Source: Dimorphilus gyrociliatus (Eukaryota > Animalia > Annelida). From it: a stretch of 64,000 nt of DNA. Shown here one piece after another: positions 62,636 through 64,000 of this stretch. The stretch's first letter is position 1. Each line of letters opens with the position of its first letter. Location of the stretch: assembly GCA_904063045.1 (NCBI GenBank), contig CAJFCJ010000008.1:930001-994000 (forward strand), read 5' to 3'. The notes beneath the pieces were generated by a model, which saw only the letters and a program-made list of their open reading frames with translations, had not been told where the DNA came from and did not search any database. A program made the position numbers and the translations under genes.

Positions 62636-64000
62636 ATGGCTAGCTTAGGAAAAGCCGGAGGTTTAGTGAGAATCCTGACAGGTTAGCGCACTACTTCTAT
62701 GCACGATATGATTACAAACTGTGACGCTAAAGTAATACTTTGAATACTGTTTTTGACCTTCGAAAACTACGTTTACAACATTGATTGTTTGAAATAATTT
62801 TTTGATATAATAGTCTTGCTAAAATCACTTCACAACTGTTTTTCAGGAAGTCTACCAAAATCTTCACCTGTTTTGACTTCTGTTCGATTTAATCAAACCG
62901 ATGCAAAGAAAGAAAAGGTAAATAATTTTAAATAAATCGGCTAAATAATAGATAATCATAATTGCTTACTATAGACCACCTTCGGCAACCTTAAAGATGA
63001 GGATAGAATTTTTACAAATCTTTATGGAAGACATGATTGGAGATTAAAAGGTGCAAAGTCCAGGGTAAGCAAACATTTTAATTAGAATTAACCTTTTTTA
63101 CTGATAATGATGTATTGTTTAATTTTTCAGGGCGACTGGTACAAAACAAGAGAAATTATGGACAAGGGAATTGAGTGGATCCAAAAAGAAATCACTACGT
63201 CTGGCCTAAGAGGAAGAGGAGGTGCCGGTTTCCCAACTGGAATGAAATGGAGTTTTATGAATCGTCCCGACGATGGAAGGTAATTCAGGATTTTCAATAA
63301 GAATTTAACTAGGCTTGCTATCAATAATTATTGAACGTGTTTTCTTAGGCCAAAATACTTAGTAGTGAATGCTGATGAAGGAGAACCAGGAACATGTAAA
63401 GATAGGGAAATAATGAGACATGATCCACATAAACTTATAGAAGGCTGTCTTATTGCTGGCAAAGCAATGGGAGCTAGAGCAGGTTGGTTAAGGAAATAAT
63501 GCTTTTACAATCCATAATTGTTTACGCATTCTAGCATATATTTATATTCGTGGCGAGTTCTATTATGAGGCATCGAACATGAATGCCGCAATTAAAGAGG
63601 CTTATGACGCTGGTCTCATCGGTAAAAATGCTTGTAATTCGGGCTATGACTTTGATGTTTACATGCATCGTGGAGCTGGAGCTTATATTTGTGGTGAAGA
63701 AACCGCCCTCATTGAGTCTTTAGAGGGAAAGCAAGGCAAGCCCCGTCTTAAGCCCCCCTTCCCTGCTGACGTCGGCGTTTTCGGTTGTCCTACCACTGTG
63801 AACAACGTTGAAACCATAGCTGTTGCTCCAACTATTTGCAGAAGAGGTGGAGAGTGGTTTGCTCAGTTTGGAAGGGATAGAAATAGGGGAACTAAGCTTT
63901 TTAATATATCTGGTCATGTGAATAATCCTTGTACCGTAGAAGAAGAAATGAGCGTACCTTTGAAAGACCTTATTGAAAGGCATGCTGGAGGAGTTAGAGG
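62636..64000 (+). CDS. NDUFV1: NADH dehydrogenase flavoprotein 1 (51 kDa), 5' part, runs off the window
   Basis: [72 protein letters not shown]. Confidence 0.98.

Noticed and set aside
1-64000. Transposons, CRISPR arrays, tRNA/rRNA, U12-type (AT-AC) introns, telomerase template
   Set aside because: No transposase/RT motifs, spaced direct repeats or cloverleafs were noticed. All introns I parsed are GT-AG without the RTATCCTT donor. The search was by eye, so weak remnants could be missed.

Overview
AT-rich (about 30% GC by eye), very gene-dense animal genomic DNA with mostly 50-70 nt GT-AG introns. The style suggests a compact invertebrate genome such as the annelid Dimorphilus, but this is inference and cannot be proven from the window. 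About 17 protein genes can be parsed, in order: an unnamed long coiled-coil gene, Emx, SGSM3, an RDH/DHRS-type SDR, ADISSP (C20orf27), a 174-aa orphan ORF, an ALMS-motif gene, NUP153, CK1-alpha, ERI1, EPB41L4A, an intronless MFSD4-like transporter, a small Cys-rich secreted/GPI-like gene, a divergent SEC14-DH-PH RhoGEF, sideroflexin, CHMP7, CREBL2, MSL3 and the 5' part of NDUFV1. No transposon, rRNA, tRNA or CRISPR array was recognised. Best leads not explained by the ORF track: (1) two or three adjacent long stem-loops at 55.1-55.5 kb upstream of sideroflexin that look like an unannotated miRNA cluster; (2) a spliced 41-codon smORF at 53.5 kb; (3) a small Cys-rich secreted gene at 45.9-46.6 kb whose first junction only works with an odd acceptor, a 1-nt indel or a +1 shift; (4) an internal alternative first exon in the RhoGEF. 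All parsing and folding was done by eye.
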